DNA of 64,000 nt from an uncultured Spirochaetota bacterium (GTDB taxonomy: Bacteria > Spirochaetota > Spirochaetia > SZUA-6 > DRHE01), in the NCBI GenBank assembly GCA_963745745.1, contig CAVUYS010000072.1, positions 5,167-69,166 of the forward strand, in the 5' to 3' direction. How positions within the stretch are numbered: position 1 is the stretch's first letter; each line of letters opens with the position of its first letter. Of this stretch, positions 1 through 8,829 are shown one piece after another. A model generated the notes under the pieces. That model was not told the DNA's origin. It worked only from the letters and a program-made list of their open reading frames with translations, and made no database searches. The translations under genes and the position numbers were made by a program.

Positions 1-126
1 AGCTCCGAACGTCCACGTGGGAGTTCCGAACGTCCACGCGAAAGTTCCGAACGTTCACGTGGACGCAATTTACGTCCAAATGGAAGTAATTTACGTCCAG
101 GTGGAAGATCTGAACGTCTAATCGAA
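1..126. repeat. Six phased ~21-bp direct repeats with an ACGTCCA core (iteron-like or protein-binding array), cut by the window edge
   Basis: Read directly. Units start at 1, 22, 43, 64, 85 and 106: agctccgaacgtccacgtggg / agttccgaacgtccacgcgaa / agttccgaacgttcacgtgga / cgcaatttacgtccaaatgga / agtaatttacgtccaggtgga / agatctgaacgtcta. The core recurs every 21 bp. Units 1 and 3 contain CACGTG-centred palindromes. The repeats are contiguous with no spacers. Confidence 0.75.
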
Positions 127-213
127 GGTTGTATTCGGAAAAGTTCAATTTTTTTTTCCTTTTTCTGTGCTTTCCGTGTGTTCCGTGGGCTCCTATTTTC
201 ATTAAACCCACAT

Positions 214-242
214 TTGATTTTTTAACCGAAATAAATTATACT
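214..242 (+). promoter_or_regulatory. Sigma70-like promoter candidate upstream of the first ATPase gene
   Basis: TTGATT (214-219), a 17-nt spacer, then TATACT (237-242). The context is AT-rich, so a chance match is possible. Confidence 0.35.
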
Positions 243-311
243 ACCCATATGAACAATAACAACATGCGCGCCAAAACCAAAGTGAAAGCCGATACAGGTC
301 CCCAAAACAAA

Positions 312-1475
312 ATGATAAGAAAAATCATTATCAAAAACTTCAAATCCATCGCCGGACTGAGCCTGGAACTGGGACGCTTTAACGTCCTGATCGGTGGAAA
401 CGGCAGCGGGAAAACCAATATCCTGGAAGCCATCGCTTTGGGCAGCGCAGCCGGCAGCCAATAAACTGGATAATGAGTTTCTTAGTTCCAGGGGCATCCG
501 CGTAGCCGATCCTGAATTGATGAGGTCCGCCTTTGACCCAAAAACAAAAAATGAAGAAATATCCCTGGAATATATCTTTGAAGATGAAGAAAAGGCTGCC
601 TTCAAGTTAAAAAACGATAACCGACCTTATTCAAAATGGGTGGATGTAGAACGCGAAAAGGATAAAACACGTTTACTTCAACTGCTTAAAAAGGAATTAG
701 AAGAGCAAAGCTCTTTAAAAGATAATAAATTAAACAATTTGACTTTTGAAGAATTATATAAAAAATTCAACACCCCATTAGATTCATATATTCGAGGAAG
801 GCTGGATGGAATGGCTTTAACGAATTTCATTATATATTCCCCGGAAAATACAACCCTTAGAATATTCGAACAGGAAGGCCAAATCCTCCCTCTCTTGGCA
901 TAAGGGGCGAGGGACTGTTTAAATTGATAAAAACCTTCCTGCTGGCCAAAGATAAAAAGCCAATCCTGGAAATTAAGGAAAACCTGAAACTCTTCGACTG
1001 GTTCGATGATTTTAATCTCCCAGAAGTGGCTTCGGCCAATGAATTTGTTCTTAAAATTAAAGACCGGTTTTTAAGTTCTCAATTGAACGAGTTCGATCAG
1101 AGAAGCGCAAACGAAGGGTTCCTGTTTCTATTATTTTATTTGAGCTTATTCATCAGCAAAGACACCCCCGTTTTTTTTGCCATCGATAACCTGGAAGCAT
1201 CGTTTAACCCAAAACTCTGCGTTGAAATTTCAAAAATGTTAATCCGCCTTTGTAAGGAGAAAAAAAAGCAAGTGATTGTTACCACGCATAATCCGTCGAT
1301 ACTGGATGGATTCAATCTACATGACCCGGAAGAACGGCTTTTCGTTATCAAACGAAACACAAATGGCCACACCATTGCCAAACGAATAACCGAAAAACCC
1401 AAGGCGGAAAGCGCGGTAAAACTGTCCGAAGCCTGGACACGCGGTTACATCGGCGGGTTACCGATGAATTTTTAA
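312..1475 (+). pseudogene. AAA_15/AAA_21-type SMC-like ATPase (OLD/AbiLi-like), frameshifted twice as assembled
   Basis: The N-terminus MIRKIIIKNFKSIAGL...LIGGNGSGKTNILEAI carries a Walker A motif. The C-terminus FFAIDNLEASFNP...QVIVTTHNPSILDG carries Walker B and the H-loop. The frame changes near 455 and 895, across ORF pieces 129-464, 394-903 and 924-1475. Total length is 1164 nt, so it is net in frame. Confidence 0.75.
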
Positions 1476-1477
1476 CC

Positions 1478-2146
1478 ATGTTTTCTTTCCGTTTAATTAC
1501 AGAAGGAGTTACAGATCAATTTACATTAAAAGAAATCTTATCGATTTTTTATAAGGATCCCGATATAGATGTCGAACCCCTGCAACCAACCAGCGATGAA
1601 ACCGATAGATACACGCAAAAAGATCATGGCGGTTGGGAAATGGTTTTTAAATATTTGAAAAGTAAGGAATTTAAAGAAGCCATTGATTTTGCGGATTATT
1701 TCATTATCCAGATCGATACGGATGTATCACCGAAATTCGGCATCCCCCACCGGGAAACCGGGATTGATCTAACACCGGAAGAACTCTACAAACGGGTTAA
1801 AGAAAAGCTAATTTCATTAATGGATAAGGATTTTTACAATAAGCACAAAGAGAGATTTATCTTCGCAATCAGCATCCATTCTATCGAATGCTGGTTTTTG
1901 CCCCTCTATTACGACAATAAACGGAAATTGAAACCAAACAATTGTTTATACAAACTTAATCAAAGGCTTATATCTAAAGAGCGCTTTACAATTGATAGAA
2001 AGAGCCCCCAATATTATGAAACGATTTCAAAAAAATTCAAAACCAAAAAAAACCTGGTTAAGTTGGCAGCCAATAGTCCGAGCTTTAAAATGTTTTTAGA
2101 AAATTTACCGGACAGTGGCCTCCGCGCATCTTTCGGGAGAACCTAA
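1478..2146 (+). CDS. TOPRIM-like DUF4276/RloB-like protein, partner of the upstream ATPase
   Basis: Intact 222-aa ORF starting 3 nt after the ATPase stop. Motifs LITEGVTDQF, FIIQIDTDV and SIHSIECWFL fit the E / DxD / E..W pattern of TOPRIM-derived partners of AAA_21 ATPases. The family call is from memory of motifs only. Confidence 0.5.
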   Translation: MFSFRLITEGVTDQFTLKEILSIFYKDPDIDVEPLQPTSDETDRYTQKDHGGWEMVFKYLKSKEFKEAIDFADYFIIQIDTDVSPKFGIPHRETGIDLTPEELYKRVKEKLISLMDKDFYNKHKERFIFAISIHSIECWFLPLYYDNKRKLKPNNCLYKLNQRLISKERFTIDRKSPQYYETISKKFKTKKNLVKLAANSPSFKMFLENLPDSGLRASFGRT

Positions 2147-3259
2147 TTAAAGTGGGGGGGAATCAATGGTCAGGAAGTTGGAGATCAATTCGGTTTCATC
2201 CAGCTTTTTAAAAAGAGAACATTTTTTCTTTTCGTCGCGCTCAACGACAGTGATTACGTTGGCGTCGGATTTCATCTACCAAACGCGGCGACTGCGTCGC
2301 GATGATAACCTGGGAATATTCGGATGCGCTGTGAATCATTCCCGCCAGGGCGAATATCGCCACCGGGTGCAATCCCAGTTCAGGTTCATCGATAAGAATC
2401 GCGCCGGGTATTAGCTCCGGGGGTTGCAGCAGCAGGGTCGCCATTGCCATAAAACGCAGCCCCCCATCGGATAATTGGTGCGCCAAACCGATAGTCGCTG
2501 CCGCTCTCATTCCAATCCAACCGAATTTGATTGTCATTCAATGGAGAAGGCTTCAGGATAAAATCACCGAATTGGGGAATGATCATTCGGATATGCCTGA
2601 CAATTCGTTCATAATATTTTTCCCATTCTTTCTTGTTCCGCATCACATGAAGAAATGCCGCCAAATTCCCGGCATCGCTGCGAAGATATTCATGGTCTCC
2701 GATATAACCGAAATTCCTGATTTTTGCCAGGTTGGAAGTATCGTGAAATTGGTACACTCGACATGACCGAAGTAGATTCAATAGAATTTTACAGGATTTT
2801 GATTTCTTTTCTTCCTGGGATAATTTCGCGTTTTCAGGCAATTTCGATTCGCTGTGCCCAACGCCCAAATTAATTTCAAAAGGCTTCGTGATTTTATGTT
2901 GGTGTTGCCGCCAGGTCACATTTTCCCTGGGTAAAAATCAATGTGTCGCCGCTGGCATGAGCAAGTGTGAAATCATAGGTATCCGTATTTAACTTTTCAT
3001 CTTCAAATATTAATTTTGCACGAATGACCGGTGTGGTTTTGCGCCATAGTGGAGTAAACTATCCGCATAACCTTCTTGCCCGATAAACACCTGAAGGCTG
3101 CCGGTTGTCATGTAATTCAACAGCTTGAAAAAAAGTACCAGGTTTACTTTTACAGGCCCCATTCGCCCCCAGTAAGACGGTTACATCGCCGAACTCGATC
3201 GATTGGCCTCTGCTGTCGATAGATTTGTAACCATTGATTTCGATTTTTTTTAGTTTCAT
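2147..3259 (-). pseudogene. Second AAA_21-type ATPase, at least five frameshifts as assembled
   Basis: Motifs seen: MKLKKIEINGYKSID...VTVLLGANGA.KS (Walker A), VYQFHDTS, AILIDEPELGLHP (Walker B) and VIIATQSPRLVDE. The pieces lie in ORFs 3059-3295, 2386-2919 and 2241-2537 plus unlisted frames. Its stop at 2147-2149 directly abuts the stop of the 1478-2146 gene (taatta). Confidence 0.7.
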
Positions 3260-3380
3260 ACGGTTTATATTCTCTCCTGTCGATTGGATGTCCATTTCAA
3301 TCCTCCTGGGAAAAATAGTCCACGGTTTACACTGATTACGGGAAAAGAAACAGGTTGAGATAGAAAAAATATCCGGGTTT

Positions 3381-3584
3381 TCATAGGGCTATTATACTAC
3401 ATTGCAGACCAAGGATGCAAATCCAGGACGGGCGGTCACCCTGGCGAAACTCGCCGACGTCGGCGTCGATGGCATGATAGTTCGCGTGATGCCGCCAGAT
3501 TTGCCGTCGAGCTTTCGCCAGCAACTCGGCTAGCTCCTGGTCGGTCGGCTGCTCGGGCAGCTGCGCATTAGTTTTGTCGTTCAT
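3381..3584 (-). CDS. Small hypothetical protein (mobile-element-like); 3' end probably not native
   Basis: 67-aa ORF. The first ~55 codons are GC-rich. The ORF then reads into the AT-rich block at about 3415. Confidence 0.3.
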   Translation of the reverse strand: MNDKTNAQLPEQPTDQELAELLAKARRQIWRHHANYHAIDADVGEFRQGDRPSWICILGLQCSIIAL

Positions 3585-3673
3585 GAGTTAAGCCCCTCCG
3601 TGATGATTATGGGTTGAAAGGTGTCAGGTGACTCAGCGTGAGGCAGGAGCAAAGGACTCAACTTCCGGTTGCG

Positions 3674-3823
3674 CTGACCGACATGACGGACATGACCAAC
3701 TTTCTATGGAGGGTCCAAAACGCGCTATCGGTTGTATAGCGCTGTCAAATACCCCCAAAACCCATGTTTTAAAGTCGCGTGGGAAAGTTGGTCATAAGGG
3801 CTAAAGTCGGTCATGTCGGTCAT
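3674..3823. repeat. Symmetric 3+3 array of 9-bp iterons around a hairpin (ori-like or operator-like)
   Basis: Left arm: CTGACCGAC, ATGACGGAC, ATGACCAAC (3674-3700). Right arm, in inverted orientation: GTTGGTCAT (3787-3795), GTCGGTCAT (3806-3814), GTCGGTCAT (3815-3823). ATGACCAACTTTC (3692-3704) and GAAAGTTGGTCAT (3783-3795) form a perfect 13-bp inverted pair. A central hairpin GCGCTAT..ATAGCGC lies at 3722-3742. Confidence 0.6.
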
Positions 3824-4826
3824 GGTTTTATCCATGGCCGACCCGCCATAGTCCTCTTACACCGGACCCATCCGAGGTCGGTCAGGATGGCCGTAATGCG
3901 GTTCTGTTCAACCCTGCCTTGTCGGCTGTTGGACAGGTCGAGCGCCCGAGAATATCTCGCCGACCGTGACCTGCGACCGGGTCTCGACATATTCGGCGAC
4001 CTTGTCGTGCCATGGGTCAGGCTCATATCGCGCCGCCTGTTCGTCGGTCGCGGTGGCGATGCCCGCTTCGTCGTCGGTCAACCACCATTTTTCGCCAGTA
4101 GATCGGTGTTTAGCCTCGGCCCATAGCTGGTCGCGGTCGCGGGTCAGGGCCTCGATATGAATGACACCGACCTGGACCGGCCAGAACCGACGGTTACCGG
4201 TCTCATCGGGCAAATAGGTCGACTTGTTGGTCGTGCCGCCGAATATGCACTGCCTCGGGTAGACGGTTTCGTGTCTGCCATAGGCGGCGCGGAACCTTTC
4301 GTCGCGGCGAGTGATGAACGCTTTCAGGGTCTCGACGCTCGACCTGCTTGATCTGACCCAGCTCGGCCAGCTCTAAAATCCACTTGCCCCTTACGTGGTC
4401 GGACGCATCCTTTGAGTGGAGGTCGCCGGGGAGGTTATCGCTAAACCATTCACCAGCGAGCACCCGATAGGCCGACGATTTGCTGTTGCCCTGAGGACTC
4501 TCCATCACCAGGACATGGTCGACTTGGCGACCCGGCCGATAGATTCTAGCGATACCCGAGATGAGAAACTTGGCTCCGGCCGACCTAACGAACCGACCGT
4601 GAGCATCATCGTTGATGACGGCACGGCAGTAGGACACGAGCCAATTGTCGAGCCTCGGGTGCTTGTCCCATATCAACCCGCCGACATAGACCTTCGCCGG
4701 ATGGATTCGATACTTGCTGGCGGCGACGCTCCGAATGGCAAGGTCAATCGCATCTATGCCGAGCCTCGGATAATCGCCGAGTTGAAACCACCGCAACGCC
4801 GCCGTGGTATCGGTGTCTCGCCACAC
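3820..4826 (-). pseudogene. VirE-family (virulence-associated protein E / primase-helicase type) P-loop protein; frameshifted and apparently 5'-truncated
   Basis: Motifs seen: WRDTDTTAALRWFQ, IHPAKVYVGGLIWDKHPRLDNWL, VLVMESPQGNSKSS, GNRRFWPV and NRITAILTDLGWVR. They are collinear with VirE-domain proteins of phages and integrative elements. The pieces occupy three frames (4203-4826, 3908-4213, 3820-4026). The homology begins at the junction with the SDR gene. Confidence 0.65.
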
Positions 4827-4837
4827 TCCCCTGGACC

Positions 4838-5673
4838 TCAGACGTTGTCGACCAGGAAGCCCCCGTCGACCGGGAGGCAGACGCCGGTGACGAAACCGGA
4901 GGCCCGCGGGCTGGCCAGGAACAGCAGGGCCCCGGCCAGCTCCGCCGCCTCCCCGAAGCGGCCGAAGGGGGTGCGGGCGATGATCGTACCGCCCGCCGCG
5001 CGGTCAGCTCGCCGGTTTCCTGGTCCACCAGCAGGGCCCGGTTCTGCTTGCCCAGGAAGAAGCCGGGAGCCAGGGCGTTGACCCGGATGCCGTGCGGGGC
5101 CAGCTCCTTGGCCGCCGCCTGGGTCAGGTTGAGCACGCCGGCCTTGGCCGCGTCGTAGCCCCAGACCCCGGAAAGCGGCACATAGGAGGCCATGGAGGCG
5201 ATGTTGACGATCGCGCCCTTCTGCTTCCGCTCGATCCAGCGGGCGGCGAAAACCTTGGTGGGCACCAGCAGGCCGGCCACCAGGTTCAGCCGCAGCACCT
5301 GCTGGAAGCCTTCCGCATCCTCCTCGAGCAACGGGCGCTTGCCGCGCGTTCCTCCCACCCCGTTGACCAGCAGGTTGGGCGGGCCCAGCTCCGCCTCGGT
5401 GGCCGCGAAGGCCTCCCGGCAGGCCTCCTCCTGGCCCGCGTCCACTTCCCGGCCGTACAGCCTGGCGGAAGCCCCCGGGACGGAGGCTTCCAGCCGCCGG
5501 GCGGCCTCGTTGATGTGGCTGCCGTGCAGGCCCCACAGGGCCACCCTGGCCCCGGCCTGGAGCAGGGCTTCCGCCATCGCCCCGGCGATCACCCCGGCCC
5601 CGCCGGTGATCACCGCCACCGTGGCCTCCAGGCCGAACAGGTCCTGCAGGTAGACGGCGCTTCGCTCGTCCAT
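4838..5673 (-). CDS. SDR-family oxidoreductase (one frameshift near 4990)
   Basis: Motifs seen: TGGAGVIAGAMAEAL (Rossmann fold), NIASMASY...YDAAKAGVLNLT (catalytic YxxxK) and IRVNALAPGFF. The C-terminus RTPFGRFGEAAELAGALLFLASPRASGFVTGVCLPVDGGF lies in the frame of ORF 4838-5536. Confidence 0.85.
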
Positions 5674-5691
5674 GGTGCCCGCCTCGCCCGC

Positions 5692-6360
5692 CTAGCCCGC
5701 GTCCCGGGAAGCCGCCTCCAGGGCGGCCAGGTAGGCGGGAAGCTCCTTGATGTCGCCCAGGGTGGGCACGCCGTCCTGCGCGGAGCCGTCCCCGCCCTCG
5801 TCGATCAGCAGCACCTGCCCTCCCATGGCCCGGAAGGGGGCCAGGTAGTCCAGGTGGTTGTCCACCAGCAGCACCTCGGCAGCGCGCCGGCCCAGCGCCC
5901 CCAGGGCCCGGTTGTACACGGCGGGATCCGGCTTGCCCGATGAAAGCCGTTGAAGCGCAGGTCGAAGACCCGCTCGAACCGGCCCCGGATGCCCAGGCGC
6001 TTCAGGACCCGCTCGGCGTGCTCCAGCGGGGAGTTGGTGAGCACCGACTTGGGCAGGGGGATGGAGGCCAGGGCCTCGGAGAGGCAGCGGGTCCTCGGCC
6101 AGGAAGTCCGCCACCGGCACGTCGTGGGTGTAGGCCAGGTACTGCTCGGCCACCTGCAGGCCGTACTCGCGCATCAGGCCGGTGAGGGTGGTCCCGTAGG
6201 TCACTCGCAGCCGGGAGCGGATGCGGGCGGCCTCCTCCCGGTCCACCCGCAGGTACTCGGCCACGAAGGCGGACATCCGCGCGGACACCGCCTGCATCAG
6301 CCCGCAGGAAGTGGGGTACAGCGTCTCGTCCAGGTCGCAGAGCAGGTAGGCGGGGGGCAT
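5692..6360 (-). CDS. HAD-IA hydrolase, pyrimidine 5'-nucleotidase-like (two compensating frameshifts)
   Basis: Motifs seen: LLCDLDETLYP (HAD motif I), TNSPLEHAERVLKRLGI (in the shifted piece 5805-6044) and GKPDPAVYNRAL...LLVDN. Length is 669 nt, net in frame. Confidence 0.75.
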   Translation of the reverse strand: MPPAYLLCDLDETLYPTSCGLMQAVSARMSAFVAEYLRVDREEAARIRSRLRVTYGTTLTGLMREYGLQVAEQYLAYTHDVPVADFLAEDPLPLRGPGLHPPAQVGAHQLPAGARRAGPEAPGHPGPVRAGLRPALQRLSSGKPDPAVYNRALGALGRRAAEVLLVDNHLDYLAPFRAMGGQVLLIDEGGDGSAQDGVPTLGDIKELPAYLAALEAASRDAG

Positions 6361-6414
6361 TGGCGCACTCTACGGGGTTTACTTGGGGCCTGTCTACCCT
6401 TTACAGTAATCGAC

Positions 6415-6765
6415 ATGATCCCGGGACTGGCGATTCTGTTCTGCTTCCTGGCCGTGGGAGAGGCGGCCGCCGGGCTGTCCCGCCTTCCTGTGCCGGGCAG
6501 CGTGCTGGGCATGCTGCTGCTGGCCGCCTCCCTGCGCCTGGGCCTGCTGCACCCGGAAAGCGTGCAGGCGGCCGCCGACGCGCTGCTGGACAACCTGTCG
6601 CTGCTGTTCGTGCCGGCGGGCGTGGGGCTGATGCTGTACTTCGGCCTGCCCGCGCGGGACTGGTGGGCCCTGCTGGCGGCCCTGGTGCCGGGTACCTTCC
6701 TGGTGCTGGCCGCGGTGGGCTGGCTGGAGCAGCTTCTGGAGCGCCCGGCCGCCAGGAAGGAATAG
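6415..6765 (+). CDS. lrgA: CidA/LrgA family holin-like membrane protein
   Basis: MIPGLAILFCFLAVGEAAAGLSRLPVPGSVLGMLLL...LLFVPAGVG. About 116 aa with four hydrophobic segments. It sits immediately upstream of lrgB. Confidence 0.8.
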   Translation: MIPGLAILFCFLAVGEAAAGLSRLPVPGSVLGMLLLAASLRLGLLHPESVQAAADALLDNLSLLFVPAGVGLMLYFGLPARDWWALLAALVPGTFLVLAAVGWLEQLLERPAARKE

Positions 6766-6769
6766 CGCG

Positions 6770-7474
6770 GTGCTGGAGCCTTCCCCGGTATTGAGCGCGG
6801 CCGCCACCCTGGCGGTGTTCGCGGCGGCGCGCGCCCTGCACCGCAAAACGCGCTTCTTCCTCCTGAATCCCGTGCTGCTCTCGGTGGCGGTCCTGATCGC
6901 CGTCCTGAGCCTGACCCGGGTCCCGTACGAATCCTACATGAAGGGCGGGCAGGTCTTCAGCTTTTTCCTGGCCCCGGCGGTGGTCGCCCTGGGGCTGCCC
7001 CTGTACCGCCAGCTCCGGCGCCTGTCCCGGGCCAGCCTGCCGATCCTGGCCAGCACCGCCGCGGGCAGCCTGGTGGGGGTGCTGTCCGCCGTGCTGCCGG
7101 CCGGCCTGCTGGGCGCCTCCCCGGCGCTGCTGGCCTCGCTGGCCCCCAAGTCCGTCACCACTCCGATTGCCATCGGCGTCTCCGAGGTCCTGGGCGGACT
7201 GCCTCCGCTCACCGCCGCCGTGGTGATCGGCACCGGCATCCTGGGCGCGGTGCTGGGCCCGCCGTTCCTGCGGGCCATCGGGGTGCGCAGCCCCACCGCC
7301 TTCGGCCTGGCCATGGGCGCCGCCGCCCACGGCATCGGCACGGCCCGGGCCCTGGAGGAAGGGGAGGCGGCCGGAGCGGCTTCCGGGCTGGCCCTCGGGC
7401 TGAACGGCGCGCTCACCGCCCTGGCCGCCCCCTGGCTGCTGAAGCTGGCCCTGGGCCTGCTGGGGCTTCCATGA
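6770..7474 (+). CDS. lrgB: LrgB/CidB family membrane protein
   Basis: Intact 234-aa polytopic ORF with a GTG start. It carries LrgB-type segments: YMKGGQVFSFFLAPAVVALGLPLY and APKSVTTPIAIGVSE. Confidence 0.85.
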   Translation: MLEPSPVLSAAATLAVFAAARALHRKTRFFLLNPVLLSVAVLIAVLSLTRVPYESYMKGGQVFSFFLAPAVVALGLPLYRQLRRLSRASLPILASTAAGSLVGVLSAVLPAGLLGASPALLASLAPKSVTTPIAIGVSEVLGGLPPLTAAVVIGTGILGAVLGPPFLRAIGVRSPTAFGLAMGAAAHGIGTARALEEGEAAGAASGLALGLNGALTALAAPWLLKLALGLLGLP

Positions 7475-8829
7475 AGATCATCGTCGGCCACAGCAACATG
7501 GACCTGGACAGCATCGGCTCCATGGTGCTGGCCCGCTGCCTGTTCCCCGATCATCAGCTGGTGGCCAGCCGGCAGATCCATCCCGTGGCCCGCCACCTCT
7601 ACAACCTGTACCAGGAGCGGCTGGGCTTCCTGCCCGCCGCCGGGTTGAGCGGGCAGCGGGTGGAGCGGATCGTGGTGGTGGACACCCGCGTGCGAAAGCG
7701 CGTGGAGGAGTACCTGCAGCACCTGCGGGAGCCGCCCGCCGACATCCTGGTCTTCGACCACCACGCCGGCGACACCTCCGACATCCCGGGCGCCGTGGTG
7801 CGGGAGAAGGCCGTGGGGGCCAACACCACCCTGCTGGGGCTGGAGCTGCTGCGGCGCAGCGCGACCCTGCACCCGGACGACGCCACGGTGGCCCTCACCG
7901 GCATCTATGCCGACACGGGCAACTTCACCCACGAAAACGTGGAGTACGCCGACTTCCAGGTGGCCTCCCTGTGCCTGCAGCACGGCGCCTCCCTGCCCCT
8001 GGTGCGGCAATTCCTGCGCCCCCTGGCCGAGGGACGCCAGCTGGCCCTGTTCCACGAGTCCCTGAACCACCTGTCCGCGCGCAGCTACGGCGGGCACCTG
8101 CTGCAATTCTGCTACCTGGAGCTGGAGCACCAGAGCGCGGGGCTGGCCGCCGTGGTGGAGCAGGTGTTCGAGGTGGAAGGTCCGGACGCCCTGTTCGCCG
8201 TCTTCTCGATCCCTTCGGAAAGCCAGAGCCTCCTGATCGCCCGCAGCCGCGGCCTGGACATCGACCTGCTGCAGGCCCTGGCCGCCTTTGGGGCCGCGGG
8301 CCACGCCCTGGCCGCCTCCGCCCAGCTCAAGGGCCGCTGGGGTCCGGCCGTGCTGGAGGAGCTGGATCGCCACCTTGCCGCGGTGCTTCAGCCGGCCCCG
8401 ACCGCCAGCAGGATCATGCGCCACGATTTCCCCGCCCTGCGCGAGGACATGAGCCTGCTGGCGGCGGCCGAAGAGCTGGAGAAAGCGGGCCGCACCGGGG
8501 CGCCGGTGGCCGGCCCGGGCGGCGAGCTGCTGGGATTCCTCAGCCTGAGGGACATCATGAAGGGCCGCCAGGCCGGGCAGATGAAAGCGCCGGTGCGGGC
8601 CTATATGACCCGCAACCTGATCAGCGCCTCACCGCTTACCCCGCTGCGCGAGATCGGCGAGCTTTTCCTGAGCCGCCCCATGGGGCAGGTGCCGCTGGTG
8701 GAGGCGGGGCGCCTGGTGGGCCTGGCCAGCCGCGCCGACTACCTGGCCTACCTGGAGGAGCGCCGCCGGCAGGACGCCGGGTTCCTGCAGCGCCTCCGCG
8801 AGAAAGCCGCCCCGGCGAGGGACTCTTGA
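7471..8829 (+). CDS. DHH-family phosphoesterase with C-terminal CBS pair
   Basis: Motifs seen: GHSNMDLDSIGS, VVVDTR, LVFDHH and LTGIYADTGNFT (DHH motifs I-IV). The C-terminus carries CBS-like repeats (LLGFLSLRDIMKG, LVGLASRADYL). Confidence 0.8.
   Translation: MKIIVGHSNMDLDSIGSMVLARCLFPDHQLVASRQIHPVARHLYNLYQERLGFLPAAGLSGQRVERIVVVDTRVRKRVEEYLQHLREPPADILVFDHHAGDTSDIPGAVVREKAVGANTTLLGLELLRRSATLHPDDATVALTGIYADTGNFTHENVEYADFQVASLCLQHGASLPLVRQFLRPLAEGRQLALFHESLNHLSARSYGGHLLQFCYLELEHQSAGLAAVVEQVFEVEGPDALFAVFSIPSESQSLLIARSRGLDIDLLQALAAFGAAGHALAASAQLKGRWGPAVLEELDRHLAAVLQPAPTASRIMRHDFPALREDMSLLAAAEELEKAGRTGAPVAGPGGELLGFLSLRDIMKGRQAGQMKAPVRAYMTRNLISASPLTPLREIGELFLSRPMGQVPLVEAGRLVGLASRADYLAYLEERRRQDAGFLQRLREKAAPARDS

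Noticed and set aside
1-126. Possible CRISPR array
   Set aside because: The repeats are 21 bp and directly contiguous, with no unique spacers. The units degenerate into two subfamilies. No cas genes lie nearby. An iteron or binding-site array fits better.
3721-3834. 36-codon minus-strand ORF (MDKTMTDMTDFSPYDQ...) and 115-aa plus-strand ORF 3779-4126 in the VirE-adjacent gap
   Set aside because: The MTDMTD peptide is simply the translation of the tandem 9-bp iterons. The plus-strand ORF is antisense to VirE fragments. Neither has a convincing RBS or motifs.
6401-8424. 309-aa and 496-aa minus-strand ORFs over lrgAB and the DHH gene
   Set aside because: They are antisense to membrane and DHH genes that have clear motifs. 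Their translations are dominated by G/R/A/Q/P runs.
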